A stretch of DNA of 64,000 bases from a virus (lineage: Duplodnaviria; Caudoviricetes). Position 1 is the first letter of the stretch. Each line of letters opens with the position of its first letter. The position numbers and the translations under genes are program-made. Location of the stretch: the IMG/VR virus record IMGVR_UViG_3300021091_000011; one strand, given 5' to 3'. Below are positions 55,001-63,900 of the stretch, one piece after another. Under the pieces are notes generated by a model. That model ran no database searches and was not told where the DNA came from. It saw nothing but the letters and a program-made list of their open reading frames with translations.

Positions 55001-57369
55001 CGACGACTTATGCTGCGGGCGCAGGCGCAGGCAATTCGGTTGACGATGCGGGCATCTTCGACGCGGGCTTGAAAAAGGGTTACAGCCTGCCCCCCGAGTA
55101 TATGCCTCGATTCGGGCGGCAGGATATCCCCGTCTACAAATACGCGGCGACGGACGTTATCGCGGCGCTGCCCTATTACTTCGGCGTCAATCACCTGTTC
55201 GCTGATTCGGTCACGAACACCGACGCCGTGTTTAATCTCATCGGTGGCACGGATAACGGTGGCGCTGCGGACGTCACGTCTATCTTGTTTCAGACGAGCG
55301 TAGCTTCGGGCTTGGACTATGGCGAGTACGGCCCGATTGTGGGCGGCAACAACGCCTATCAGTCGCGGCTCTACACCGATATCAACGTCCGCGCTTCGGA
55401 CTTGCCTCCGGGCTTGAAGGGCATTCAGTTGCCCCCATTCTTGGGCATCGCACGCATTTACGGCGTGTACGATGCCCGCGAATGGGCGGGCTCTGGTGCG
55501 TGGCAGGCTGATCGCGTGACGCCGGAAACGGGCGGCACGCCTCCCAAGAACTTGATCCGCACGGATGCCGATAAGCAGACGTTGTTCATTGTTCAAGGCG
55601 GCGCAATCGACGTTACGCTGAACGAAAACGATCACACTTACGTCATCCCCGAAAACCTGATCGACATTCGGCTCTCGGGCTCTTTCGTCGCGGGCGAGAC
55701 GTTTGACGATCTGGATTACATTGTCGAGTGCGAAGTGTTTGGCTTCGCACGAGGCTTCATCAACCTCAATAACTACGTCCTAGCCCGAAAGCACAACGGC
55801 GCAGGAGCCGCGCCTTCTGGACTCGCGCAGGATATCGGCATGGTCTTGCCTTTGCCCTTGCCTGCGAATAGTTGCTATGCGGCTTACCATCGCACCGTCT
55901 ATCAAGGCGACCCATACATGACGCGGGGCGCAGCCGCTCAGGTCGTTTCTGACTATGAGCCGCGCTTCGGACAAATCTCCGTCGCCAACGCCTATCAACT
56001 CGTCACCGCGATTCAACAGTTCGACGCTAACGGCGATCAAGTGCCGGAAATCCCGAACGCGCGTGGGCTTGAGATTCTGGCCGCTGCTGATTTTTATACG
56101 ACGCTCGGCACGGGCAAAATCGGCGGCGCTTTGCAATCCGGCACGGCGACTGACATTGGGCATTTAGAGTCCAACGGCACGCGCTTGCCGACATCGGCCA
56201 CCGCCAATCAGTTTCAGCCGCAAGCCCGCACGTTCACCGAAGGCCAGCCCGAATCCGCGCCTCGTGGTTCGCTCGTAATCCGCGTGCTTTTGGCTTCGGC
56301 GGCTTCGGCTAATCAGTCGATCTATTTCTATCAGGGTGCGAAGTATCAATACGCACAATCAAATGCTAGTTTCTCCGGCCTGACGACTTCTGCTACGGCT
56401 GAAGACTTGGCTGACTTTATCAACAGTCAGGTCAATCCTTACGTCCCCGTCAAAGCCTATTGGAATGGCGGTAACGACGTTTTGGTTCAGGCGGTCAATT
56501 CCGGCGTGAGTGATATTAGAATCGACCTGCGGCCTGCGGGTACGAATCGTGACGTCACGGGTTTCGCTCTGATCGCACCTACGGGTTATGCACCTGCATC
56601 GACCTCGCGCTATTTACTCGGCGGTCAGGACATTCCAGTAAACGCGGCGCGTGTAAGCGACGCGCCAACGCCGATTGCAATAACGGGCCTTACGGAACGC
56701 TTGCCTTTGGGCATCCTGCTCAATGACTCGGACTTCATTGGTGAGGACCCCGCGCGCACGGGTTCTTCGATGCTTCACGTCGCGCCTTCGGCGGGTGGGC
56801 CTGCTGGCAACGTCAAGGTGCCCGAAGTGCGCGGTGCCGAATACGACCGCCTAAGCGGACCTGCGGGGCATCTCGGCATGGCCGATGGCGGCGTGTTGCT
56901 TTATACGGCTTGGACGACGGTGACGCCTACGGGTAGCCGACTCTTCCGCGTCTATCGCGGCGGCACGGCTTACGTCATCGGCGGTCAAAATCCGGGTGGT
57001 CCGGTCGATTGGACTTCCGGCAATCTGCCCGACGGCTCCGTGTTGAAAGGCTGTGTGCTCGCAGGTCGAGCCTATCTCGTCCGTAACTACGAAGAATCAG
57101 CCTTCGGCAACGTGACGACGCACGGTGACGAAATCCAAATGGTCATCGTCACTCGCGGCATCGTCGGCGAAAGTTTGAACTGCGAAAACGGCTACGCCCT
57201 TGTCGGACAGATTAGCCCGACGGGTTACGGCGAAGGCTATTCGGCGGCTGACCGATATAGGCTTGAAGGCAAGCCCTTACACGCAGGCACGAGCAAGAAC
57301 GGCCCGAATCCTGTTGTCCCCTTGGCTCCGTATCCTACGGACGACCCGCAACCCTCGACGCCATGCTGA
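52060..57369 (+). CDS. Large (1769 aa) putative tail/baseplate or fibre protein
   Basis: Follows the giant ORF; N-terminal PPLDSELNLM; similar composition. Confidence 0.65.
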   Translation: MPESFGNGVSRTLSALNRQFQAVTWQANKPPLDSELNLMAQVEWERLGNLVRSQTHSGFFIDPMQATADFVTSADYSNFFRLGNVPIGFQAPAMWANVNGWVIPVTGVAYNGVTNQVNLWPPPASDARIDFVFLEAWLTLVAPNPSTANKPSASTIYKYGNTQYGGTNVADDIEDPAIGFETTERVQLQYRIRVFGQGTGLGNSVALNVYPDGLDDPSVKAQGTAAAPLPAYSWANMRDVLGDAGLWRAGDGDPENALGTLDGYVYAIPICAVFRRNTSPFIAQQPAGNANQNGAFDRNPYSAPITDPAEAVRTFTSVTLTSSLSATASGVVSVTSLANSGLDNPDLYSGGSVFYLLDGEVVEISGVGAGTITIASRGRLGTQAVPHDAATALRFYCFRADGLFSDQIAASDILDLRRSITLGEWDYNQILLHNLGQLFANRLRSSYKQSGAADTEGTVVPEVSYLPTTSLSPVPNQTEQVDSPDGIREVFSDAVVIQDNVTVMLLPDSSGGPGAPVAVPDFTSGAPTWETAADFQPNGWQPSGEGIQNGTVINLFIGGASGNDGARKSMGGVRAVRFATPKEMWLQGAESKTPFKLRFVGSTTASNDGLFCEPPVTGELVGEHPGPMYPLPQLNFEYPFIVLGGVVETSLRNTSATVVSAATTGDYAEVQFPGLNFTAGGAWVNSTDPLNPALVTNPILYGKRTLYDMITKGGTDITGRSSELYLVLSGDTTNSENCGVFRVIGAGDVASQYTSVTGTAVNSLVVEGVQAGWTDFVDAANLTAEVRSQYSNTEDGPNASVGNAAAAVVVMTDLAGTLGGVSNPWRAATLGANAMTFPNASAAILDTSLIYGSGRGAMPRVPDTIDRFAVVNPISSTYLLRRAVGTIDPAAGSADVPTNEIYYPAQGVQTWSGLSDHGLNAPEGQSLPLGNGRGALSEQLREGELFADAGSKTLVIRPYRKVNLSVNLRDVNVDGGGTLVPTTYAAGAGAGNSVDDAGIFDAGLKKGYSLPPEYMPRFGRQDIPVYKYAATDVIAALPYYFGVNHLFADSVTNTDAVFNLIGGTDNGGAADVTSILFQTSVASGLDYGEYGPIVGGNNAYQSRLYTDINVRASDLPPGLKGIQLPPFLGIARIYGVYDAREWAGSGAWQADRVTPETGGTPPKNLIRTDADKQTLFIVQGGAIDVTLNENDHTYVIPENLIDIRLSGSFVAGETFDDLDYIVECEVFGFARGFINLNNYVLARKHNGAGAAPSGLAQDIGMVLPLPLPANSCYAAYHRTVYQGDPYMTRGAAAQVVSDYEPRFGQISVANAYQLVTAIQQFDANGDQVPEIPNARGLEILAAADFYTTLGTGKIGGALQSGTATDIGHLESNGTRLPTSATANQFQPQARTFTEGQPESAPRGSLVIRVLLASAASANQSIYFYQGAKYQYAQSNASFSGLTTSATAEDLADFINSQVNPYVPVKAYWNGGNDVLVQAVNSGVSDIRIDLRPAGTNRDVTGFALIAPTGYAPASTSRYLLGGQDIPVNAARVSDAPTPIAITGLTERLPLGILLNDSDFIGEDPARTGSSMLHVAPSAGGPAGNVKVPEVRGAEYDRLSGPAGHLGMADGGVLLYTAWTTVTPTGSRLFRVYRGGTAYVIGGQNPGGPVDWTSGNLPDGSVLKGCVLAGRAYLVRNYEESAFGNVTTHGDEIQMVIVTRGIVGESLNCENGYALVGQISPTGYGEGYSAADRYRLEGKPLHAGTSKNGPNPVVPLAPYPTDDPQPSTPC

Positions 57370-57380
57370 GTTTGTAACCC

Positions 57381-57914
57381 ATGAACAAGCCGTCACCTAT
57401 CCGTGTAGCAAGTCGCTATCTAAACGCCAGCCTCACGCTCGCCTTCGTCGGCAACGTCGGGGCCAAGAGCACTAAGATTCAGGACATTGGCGAAAAGGCC
57501 GCTGATGAACTCAAAGCGTTAGTCGGTGAAGCCGAAGCCGAAGCCTTGATTCGCAACAAGTTGGCTCGGGACAAAGGCTTTTTCTTCCACGTCACGATTA
57601 TTTCACCGCCCGAAGTGAAAGATATCGTGAACCGAATGGCCGCAGATAAAGCCATGAGCAAGTCCAAGGCATCGGACGAGTTCAAGGCCGAAGTCGAAGC
57701 GTTCGGCCTTACGGATAGCGGCTTGAAGTCACTCGGCTTGGGCAAGGCCGAGAAGGGCAGCGACGTGGCTTATTTCGCCGTTCTCGATTGGCCCGACGCT
57801 CAAAAACTGCGCGCCAAGTTCGGCTTGAGTGATTTCGATTTCCACACGACGATTGGTTTTGTTAAGGCCGACGTTCACGGCGTTCGCAAGAATCGATCTA
57901 CTCTGATTCGCTAA
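57381..57914 (+). CDS. 2H phosphoesterase (two HxT motifs)
   Basis: FFHVTIISPPE and DFHTTIGF..DVH; N-terminal IRVASRYL. Confidence 0.8.
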   Translation: MNKPSPIRVASRYLNASLTLAFVGNVGAKSTKIQDIGEKAADELKALVGEAEAEALIRNKLARDKGFFFHVTIISPPEVKDIVNRMAADKAMSKSKASDEFKAEVEAFGLTDSGLKSLGLGKAEKGSDVAYFAVLDWPDAQKLRAKFGLSDFDFHTTIGFVKADVHGVRKNRSTLIR

Positions 57915-57957
57915 CACGGCTATCGCCGTGTGATTGTTACACGACAGGGGACTTTCG

Positions 57958-58542
57958 ATGCGTAAGTTGAGTTCTGCTGATCGTTCGGCCCTGATCAAGT
58001 TGGCTTCCAGTCTTCCGTCTGGTTCGCCCGAGAGAAAGGCGATTCTCGCCGGACTTCAGGGTTCAAGCAAGAAGGCTTCTGGTGATGTTAACATTTCGGG
58101 TAAGCACATCACCGCTGCAGGGTACACCTACACGCCGAACGAGCTTCCGGTCTCGGAGATCAACCCCTCCAAGATCCCCAGTCGAACGGCCCGAGAGTAC
58201 CAAAAGCGACTCCTCGTCGATCTCAAGAGGAAGTTCCCCTACAATGAGATCCGGCTTGACATGTTGGGGTTCATCACAGGCTCCCCCTTCACCTATATCA
58301 AGTTCAACGGTCTCGGGACCCGCCTGGACCTCGGGATGTGGTTCGACCAGAAGCCCCAGGACGTCTGGGTGCTCAGGCTCCACATTTCGTGGGGAAGCCA
58401 CTACGAAAGCGGGAACTACAAGGCCATCGACATTCCTTGGGCTGGCGACCTCGACGCGATCTACGCAAAGGTCAAGAAGGCGTCAGTCACCCTCGTCGAG
58501 TTGGGGCTCTCGAAGATCGAGGAGGCCAAGGCCAGGCCATAA
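57958..58542 (+). CDS. DRSALIKLA-leader protein, unknown cargo
   Basis: MRKLSSADRSALIKLASSLPSGSPERKAILAGL; ATG 57958. Confidence 0.75.
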   Translation: MRKLSSADRSALIKLASSLPSGSPERKAILAGLQGSSKKASGDVNISGKHITAAGYTYTPNELPVSEINPSKIPSRTAREYQKRLLVDLKRKFPYNEIRLDMLGFITGSPFTYIKFNGLGTRLDLGMWFDQKPQDVWVLRLHISWGSHYESGNYKAIDIPWAGDLDAIYAKVKKASVTLVELGLSKIEEAKARP

Positions 58543-58671
58543 CCCAGGAGTACCTGATTGCCCTTCTACGGAATTAGAGCATGAAGCCTCATAAGGTTCC
58601 GTAGCGGATATTGGTGAAAAACCCGATTGTCGGGTCATCCAACGGAAACTCCAGAATGGAACAGGAACACC

Positions 58672-59601
58672 GTGAAAAATAAGTCGATAGTGCTCGTTAC
58701 TCTGACGCTCGCCTGCTCGCATCCGGTCGCCCGCGACGAGCCCGCGCCTCTCCTCAACCCGTCTGCCGCGCCGCCCCCGACGCTGCGGACGCTCAAGATT
58801 ACTTCCGAATGTGCGGACCCCATCTGGATTCAACAGGAGAACCACGCGGGTGCTCCTGCGCTCACGAAACTGACCAAGGGCACGTCAACTTCATTTAGTA
58901 TCCCCGACGAAGGCTTGCCGTCTACGCGCTACTGGGCAAAGACGGGCTGCGACGCCACCGGAAATAGCTGCGCGGTTGGACAGTCCTCGCCGCCTTGCCC
59001 CGCTGCTGGATGCGCTCCTCCGGTGGACAGCAAGTTGGAGGCAACGTGGGGCTGCACGCTGCCAGAGGCGCAAAAGGAGCAATGCGCCAAGACGGATCAA
59101 GGACCACACGTCAAGAATACATGGTGGAACGCGAGTGCCGTTGACGGCTTCACGCTGCCCTTCCTCGTTGCGGTCAGCGGCGCATCCTCAGACGCCTGTG
59201 CGCCTGTCAACTGCGCCATGCTGGACCAGAACAAGTGTCCCGCGTCGGAATCCCTGCCGCCCGCCTACCCAGGTGGGGTGGATCTGCGTGTGCAGGGCGG
59301 TGCGGGGTGCTTCTCGCCATGCACGGCGCTCACCTATCCCGGCTTTGGCGGTAAAGGCATCCAACCGCCGAGCGACCCTCGCGCTGCCGCGTACTGCTGC
59401 CCGACGCCGCCTGTGTCGCCCGCACAATGCTCTAGTGGCCCTGCGGCGACGACGAAATACGTCGAGGCTATCCACAAAATGTGCGCGGACACGACCTACG
59501 GCTATGCCTATGACGACGCGCTAGGTCTGCGTCAATGCGACCCAACAGTTGAACTTCAGCTTATTTTCTGTCCCGGTATTCCGGCAGTAGCGACGCCGTG
59601 A
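58672..59601 (+). CDS. Thaumatin-like (PR-5/GH64-TLP superfamily) lipoprotein
   Basis: Lipobox TLAC; RYWAKTGC, NASAVDGFTLP, GCFSPC, YCC, YGYAYDD and LIFCP, with many Cys. Confidence 0.85.
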   Translation: MKNKSIVLVTLTLACSHPVARDEPAPLLNPSAAPPPTLRTLKITSECADPIWIQQENHAGAPALTKLTKGTSTSFSIPDEGLPSTRYWAKTGCDATGNSCAVGQSSPPCPAAGCAPPVDSKLEATWGCTLPEAQKEQCAKTDQGPHVKNTWWNASAVDGFTLPFLVAVSGASSDACAPVNCAMLDQNKCPASESLPPAYPGGVDLRVQGGAGCFSPCTALTYPGFGGKGIQPPSDPRAAAYCCPTPPVSPAQCSSGPAATTKYVEAIHKMCADTTYGYAYDDALGLRQCDPTVELQLIFCPGIPAVATP

Positions 59602-59750
59602 TGCGCGGCGACGCCGAGGTGTCCGGCAAAGCCAAATGCTTCGGCAACGCCCGCATCGGTGGCACGGCTATTATCCTCGGTGGCGAATGGAACGGAAGCG
59701 AGGGTGAGGTCACTTCAGGTACTTGGCTGGCTCCGGGCGTTCCGGGCTGA
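59601..59750 (+). pseudogene. 49-aa remnant resembling the end of a hexapeptide (LbH) repeat protein
   Basis: MRGDAEVSGKAKCFGNARIGG... carries GDAxVSGxAxxxGNAxI periodicity. Confidence 0.45.
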
Positions 59751-59792
59751 TTCCCTAGTTTTGACGACGCCTAACAAGAAGGTTTGACCCCC

Positions 59793-60335
59793 ATGCGTAA
59801 GTTGAGTTCAAGCGACCGTTCGGCCCTGATTCGGCTTGCTTATGCCCGACCTGATCTTCGTCCCGCTCTTCTGCCCCTCTTGAAGAAGGCGAGTAACTTC
59901 CCCCGCGTCGTGAAGGAAGTCGAAGAGGACTACAAGCGCAAGGCAATAACGGTCAGAGAAAAGAACGAACTACTCGCCGCCATTGAGGACGCGGAGACTG
60001 AAGAACAAGCCATGGGGTTAGTAAGGAACCACCGTAAGGGGCGTGTTGCAAAAGAGGCTTCCGCATCCCCGTCTAACCCGCGCATCGTGCGGTTGCGCGA
60101 TGGGAAGTTCGGCATCGAGTTCCACACCAACCGAGGCGTGTTCGTCTGGACGCAGAACAAGAGTTTCACCCACTCATTCAAACTCGACCGCGAAGATGAC
60201 CGAGATCGTTCTCCTTTGACTTACGATTCACCTACTGCGGCGCAATCGGGTATGAAAGAGGCTCTTTACGAAATCTATCGTTACCGACCAGGTGATGAAG
60301 ACTTCGTGCGTGGGCACGAACCCGTGAAAGTTTAG
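59793..60335 (+). CDS. DRSALIRLA-leader protein, unknown cargo
   Basis: MRKLSSSDRSALIRLA...LLKKAS; internal KEAS. Confidence 0.75.
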   Translation: MRKLSSSDRSALIRLAYARPDLRPALLPLLKKASNFPRVVKEVEEDYKRKAITVREKNELLAAIEDAETEEQAMGLVRNHRKGRVAKEASASPSNPRIVRLRDGKFGIEFHTNRGVFVWTQNKSFTHSFKLDREDDRDRSPLTYDSPTAAQSGMKEALYEIYRYRPGDEDFVRGHEPVKV

Positions 60336-60354
60336 GGGTCTACGCCTGATTCTT

Positions 60355-60777
60355 TCAGTATAAGTCGTCAGGCTCCGGCGTGACCGGAAATCTGACGACC
60401 CAAATCCATTCGACGCCGATGTAGGCCGAGCGCGTCAAACGATGCATTCCGTCCATCACGTCGCCCTCTGCCGATAGTATGATCGGACAGAGCAAGTCCG
60501 CATCGGCCACTCTCTTCAAGTGGCCGATGAACGTATTGAGCGTGATCTCATGCTCCCAATGCCAATTGTCTAACTCCCTAGCGAAGTAGCCGAGCGGCAT
60601 CTTGTACGGCGTCAGGTCTTTCGCTAGACGCCATAGGCGTTCCACGCGCCACGTCTTACCGCCGCTAGAGTAAGTATGCTGATTTATCGCTTCATCAAAT
60701 TGCGGCTCGATGGTGAGGCTTTTACTTTTGGCCTTATCAAGTTTGGCCTTTCCCCGTTTATTACGACGTGCGGACAT
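60355..60777 (-). CDS. ParB/Srx-like domain protein
   Basis: PIILSAEGDVMDGMHRL; start uncertain. Confidence 0.65.
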   Translation of the reverse strand: MSARRNKRGKAKLDKAKSKSLTIEPQFDEAINQHTYSSGGKTWRVERLWRLAKDLTPYKMPLGYFARELDNWHWEHEITLNTFIGHLKRVADADLLCPIILSAEGDVMDGMHRLTRSAYIGVEWIWVVRFPVTPEPDDLY

Positions 60778-60982
60778 TTCAGGCACTTCCCTTCGTCCAT
60801 CTGCAATAGCCCGCAGGCACGATGCCAATAGCAAAGCCGCTCGAAATCAGGGCCGCTTACTTTACCCCGCGAATCTTGCGGGTCAGGACCATAGACCTTT
60901 GCGTGAATCGGAGGCCACAAATCCCCGTTCGCACAAGTTATATCCGCACGATTAGCATCCGGTTTCATTCGCTTCACGTCAC
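60684..60982 (-). CDS. Hypothetical Cys-containing protein
   Basis: GTGA coupling to the polymerase stop; overlaps the ParB-like ORF by about 90 nt. Confidence 0.45.
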
Positions 60983-63900
60983 AACCCCTCGTATCCCGCG
61001 ATGATCTTAAACTCAGCGAATGACGCCTTGAAAGCAAACCCGAGCAAATCGGACCCATGATCGGTCTCAATCACGATTTCGTCTTTGCCCCGATTCATGC
61101 ACTTCGCCACCACCCGCGCCATGATTTCGGCAAGTTCCGGTGTCAGCCTATGCGCCGGAATCGTGTAGACGTGCCGCGATTGCGAAGATATGGGCATCAC
61201 AAAATCAGGCGTGCTCTCAATCGGCGCGGCAACAGGGACCGCTTCGGCCACGGACTTTGCTTCGCCCACGCCGCCGTTCGCCAGATACTCAGCATAGAAC
61301 TTCGGGAATACCCGCTGCCAACGCTCGGACCAAACTTCAGGCTTTGTCTCGCGCGGATTCGTCATCGCTACGAGATTAAACGGCACCGTCCAATCATCGC
61401 CAAACTCGATGTCGTTCTTCAGCGGGATGATCCACCCGAGGTTTTTCACCGTGCGAACCGTCATCAACTCATTGATCGTCACTACTGCTTCTTCGGCCAA
61501 GTCCTCATCGATCTCGAACACGAGTTCGTCGTGAATCGTCACACACATTCTAGCCTTATCCAACCACCCGCGCTCTTTGCACTCGCGGTAAATAAGGCCC
61601 ATCGCAAACTTCATAATGTCTGCGGAACTTCCTTGAACAGGGCCATTGACTGAGTTTCTTTCGGCCTTGGATCGGAACCCGCCGTCCGTGTGGTCAATGT
61701 CGGGCAATGGGTATTTACGGCCATAGGCCGTCGTGACGTACTTTTGCTTGCGCGCGGTCTTGTGCTGCTCTTCCCACCACTTCGCCAAGCCACGGTAGGA
61801 CTTGTCAAACTGCCGCTTAATACGCCAGCCTTCTTCTTTGTCTACGCCAACCGAACGCTGCGCCGCAGACCCACCCCCGCCGTAACACATAGCGAAGTTG
61901 AGGCTATTATGAACTGCAAGCCCATTCGCCGCGTAGAGGTGATCTTCGGAGTCGATATGCAGGTCTAGGCAAAGGGAATCGCCTGCCGGAACGATCAGCA
62001 AGACTTCATTCCCCAAGCGGTCATAGGCTTTGCTCGTGCCACTAATGCGCGCGATTTTGCCCGGATGCCGCATATAAGGTGCGATAAGCGCACCATCACG
62101 CCGCTTGAATCCGACTTTCACATACCATCTGGAATACTTCTTGTTCCACGACGTTGTGATTGTCGCCTCGCCGCCAATAGCACGAATGATCTCCGCGATC
62201 TGCCCCGCGAAAACAAAGTCCTTCGTGCAAATGTTAATGTCACCGCCTGATGACACGGAGCCGTCAGTATCAATCAAGCCGCCAAGATAGTGCGCCATAG
62301 CCGACCTGCCGCCTTGAAGAATCCAACGCGGCACTCGAAGCGTTCTTTTCGTCGACGGGCTACCGTCAACTAACCCGAGCGTCTGCATCCATCGAAGCAC
62401 ATGGCGGCTGCCTAGATAGACGTTCTTTTTTCTGGCGATTGGCTCTAACCCAACGTCCCGACACGCGGCCATGATGATTTCTTGCCACTCGGAGTAGCGG
62501 ACCCCCAACGCATCCGTTTTCTCGACGGACCCATGCGTAATCGTGGCGCACGCCGTACTAGAAGCACCATCCCCCGCGTGCAAGCCGCTGAAATAAGCCG
62601 TCGCCATTGTCGGCGTGTAGGCCATCTCAGGAACTCCTGCGAAAGCCTTGTGACTTAGTGTCTTCGGTTCTTGTTCATCGGCGGCAAGAAACACCGGAGC
62701 ATGAAGCGTGTCGCCTGCTTTTAGACCTTCACGCAGAGATTTTTGCGTGCCGTCTGCCAACACGAACTTGTGCTCTTCAGAGCACGTCAAAACCCCTCTT
62801 CGGCTGACGACGTGGTAAAGGGGTTTGATGCCGCCGTTGTACGTCTCAAGTATTGGCGCAAAACCACCCTTCGGTGTAAGCACCTTTCCGGAATGCGGCT
62901 TGAATTCGTCCACACCACCAAAAGCGAGGTCACCGATGCGGGTGTACCCGCTATCCATTCGGATCAGCGTGTCCGGATGCACGCACTTCGAGTTTTGGCG
63001 TTTTAGCTTGAAGTCGCTCTTTGACGGCGCATCTTCGCCGTAAATCGCCAATGCGGTCAGCGTGTGCAAGTCACCGATCTTGTCTGACCAACAAGACGGG
63101 CAGAAATGCGGAGGGCACGAACCCTTCTCAAAGCGGTGCTCACAACCCGAGCATCGGAAAAACTCATCAACCCACTTCGGCTCGCCCGAAAGATTCGTGA
63201 CGATACGAAGCTCCACGCCCGAGTAGTCGATGGCGAACAGGATTTTGCCCGCCGTCGCTTTCACGCTCGTTCGCATCTTACGAACGCACTCAGGCTTAGA
63301 CTTGTCATACGTCGCCGGAATCGAGTGTAGATTCCACCGCGATTGGCCCGTGAAATCCCCTGATTCAGAAGCGGGAGTTGAAAACCGCCCCGTGTCCGTC
63401 TTGGTAGCGTTGAACCCAACCCACAATCGACCGTCGGGGCTATTTCCAGGTGCTAGGTCATGGTAGACCGGAAACAGGTTAGACGAAAGCCCCTTTGCCA
63501 CTTCACGGAACCGCTTGATTTTGGGCGCAAAGGGCAAGTCGTCGCCCATATCCTCGAAGATACGATTAATCTCATCCTTGCTCGTCTTGACCTGACCTGA
63601 CTTTTCAGTCACGGTCAGCCCCTCGACGCCGAGTTCACGAAGCAAAAGCCCGAGTTCAGTCGGGATCGTCACGTCGTAGGTATTCGGAAACTGCACCGTC
63701 TCGCGCACTTTGGCGTCGGTGAGTGAAGGCACCGACTTCGGCACTTTCACGTCGGGGTCAGGCCCAAGGTCTTTAATGACCTGCTCCCGATGCTCCATGT
63801 ACGACGGCTCCATGCAATCGGCATCGAATGGCGTATTGATTCGATGATGCTGCCCCTGCATGGACTTGAACCAACCGGGCCGCACATCGCGCCCCAAGAT

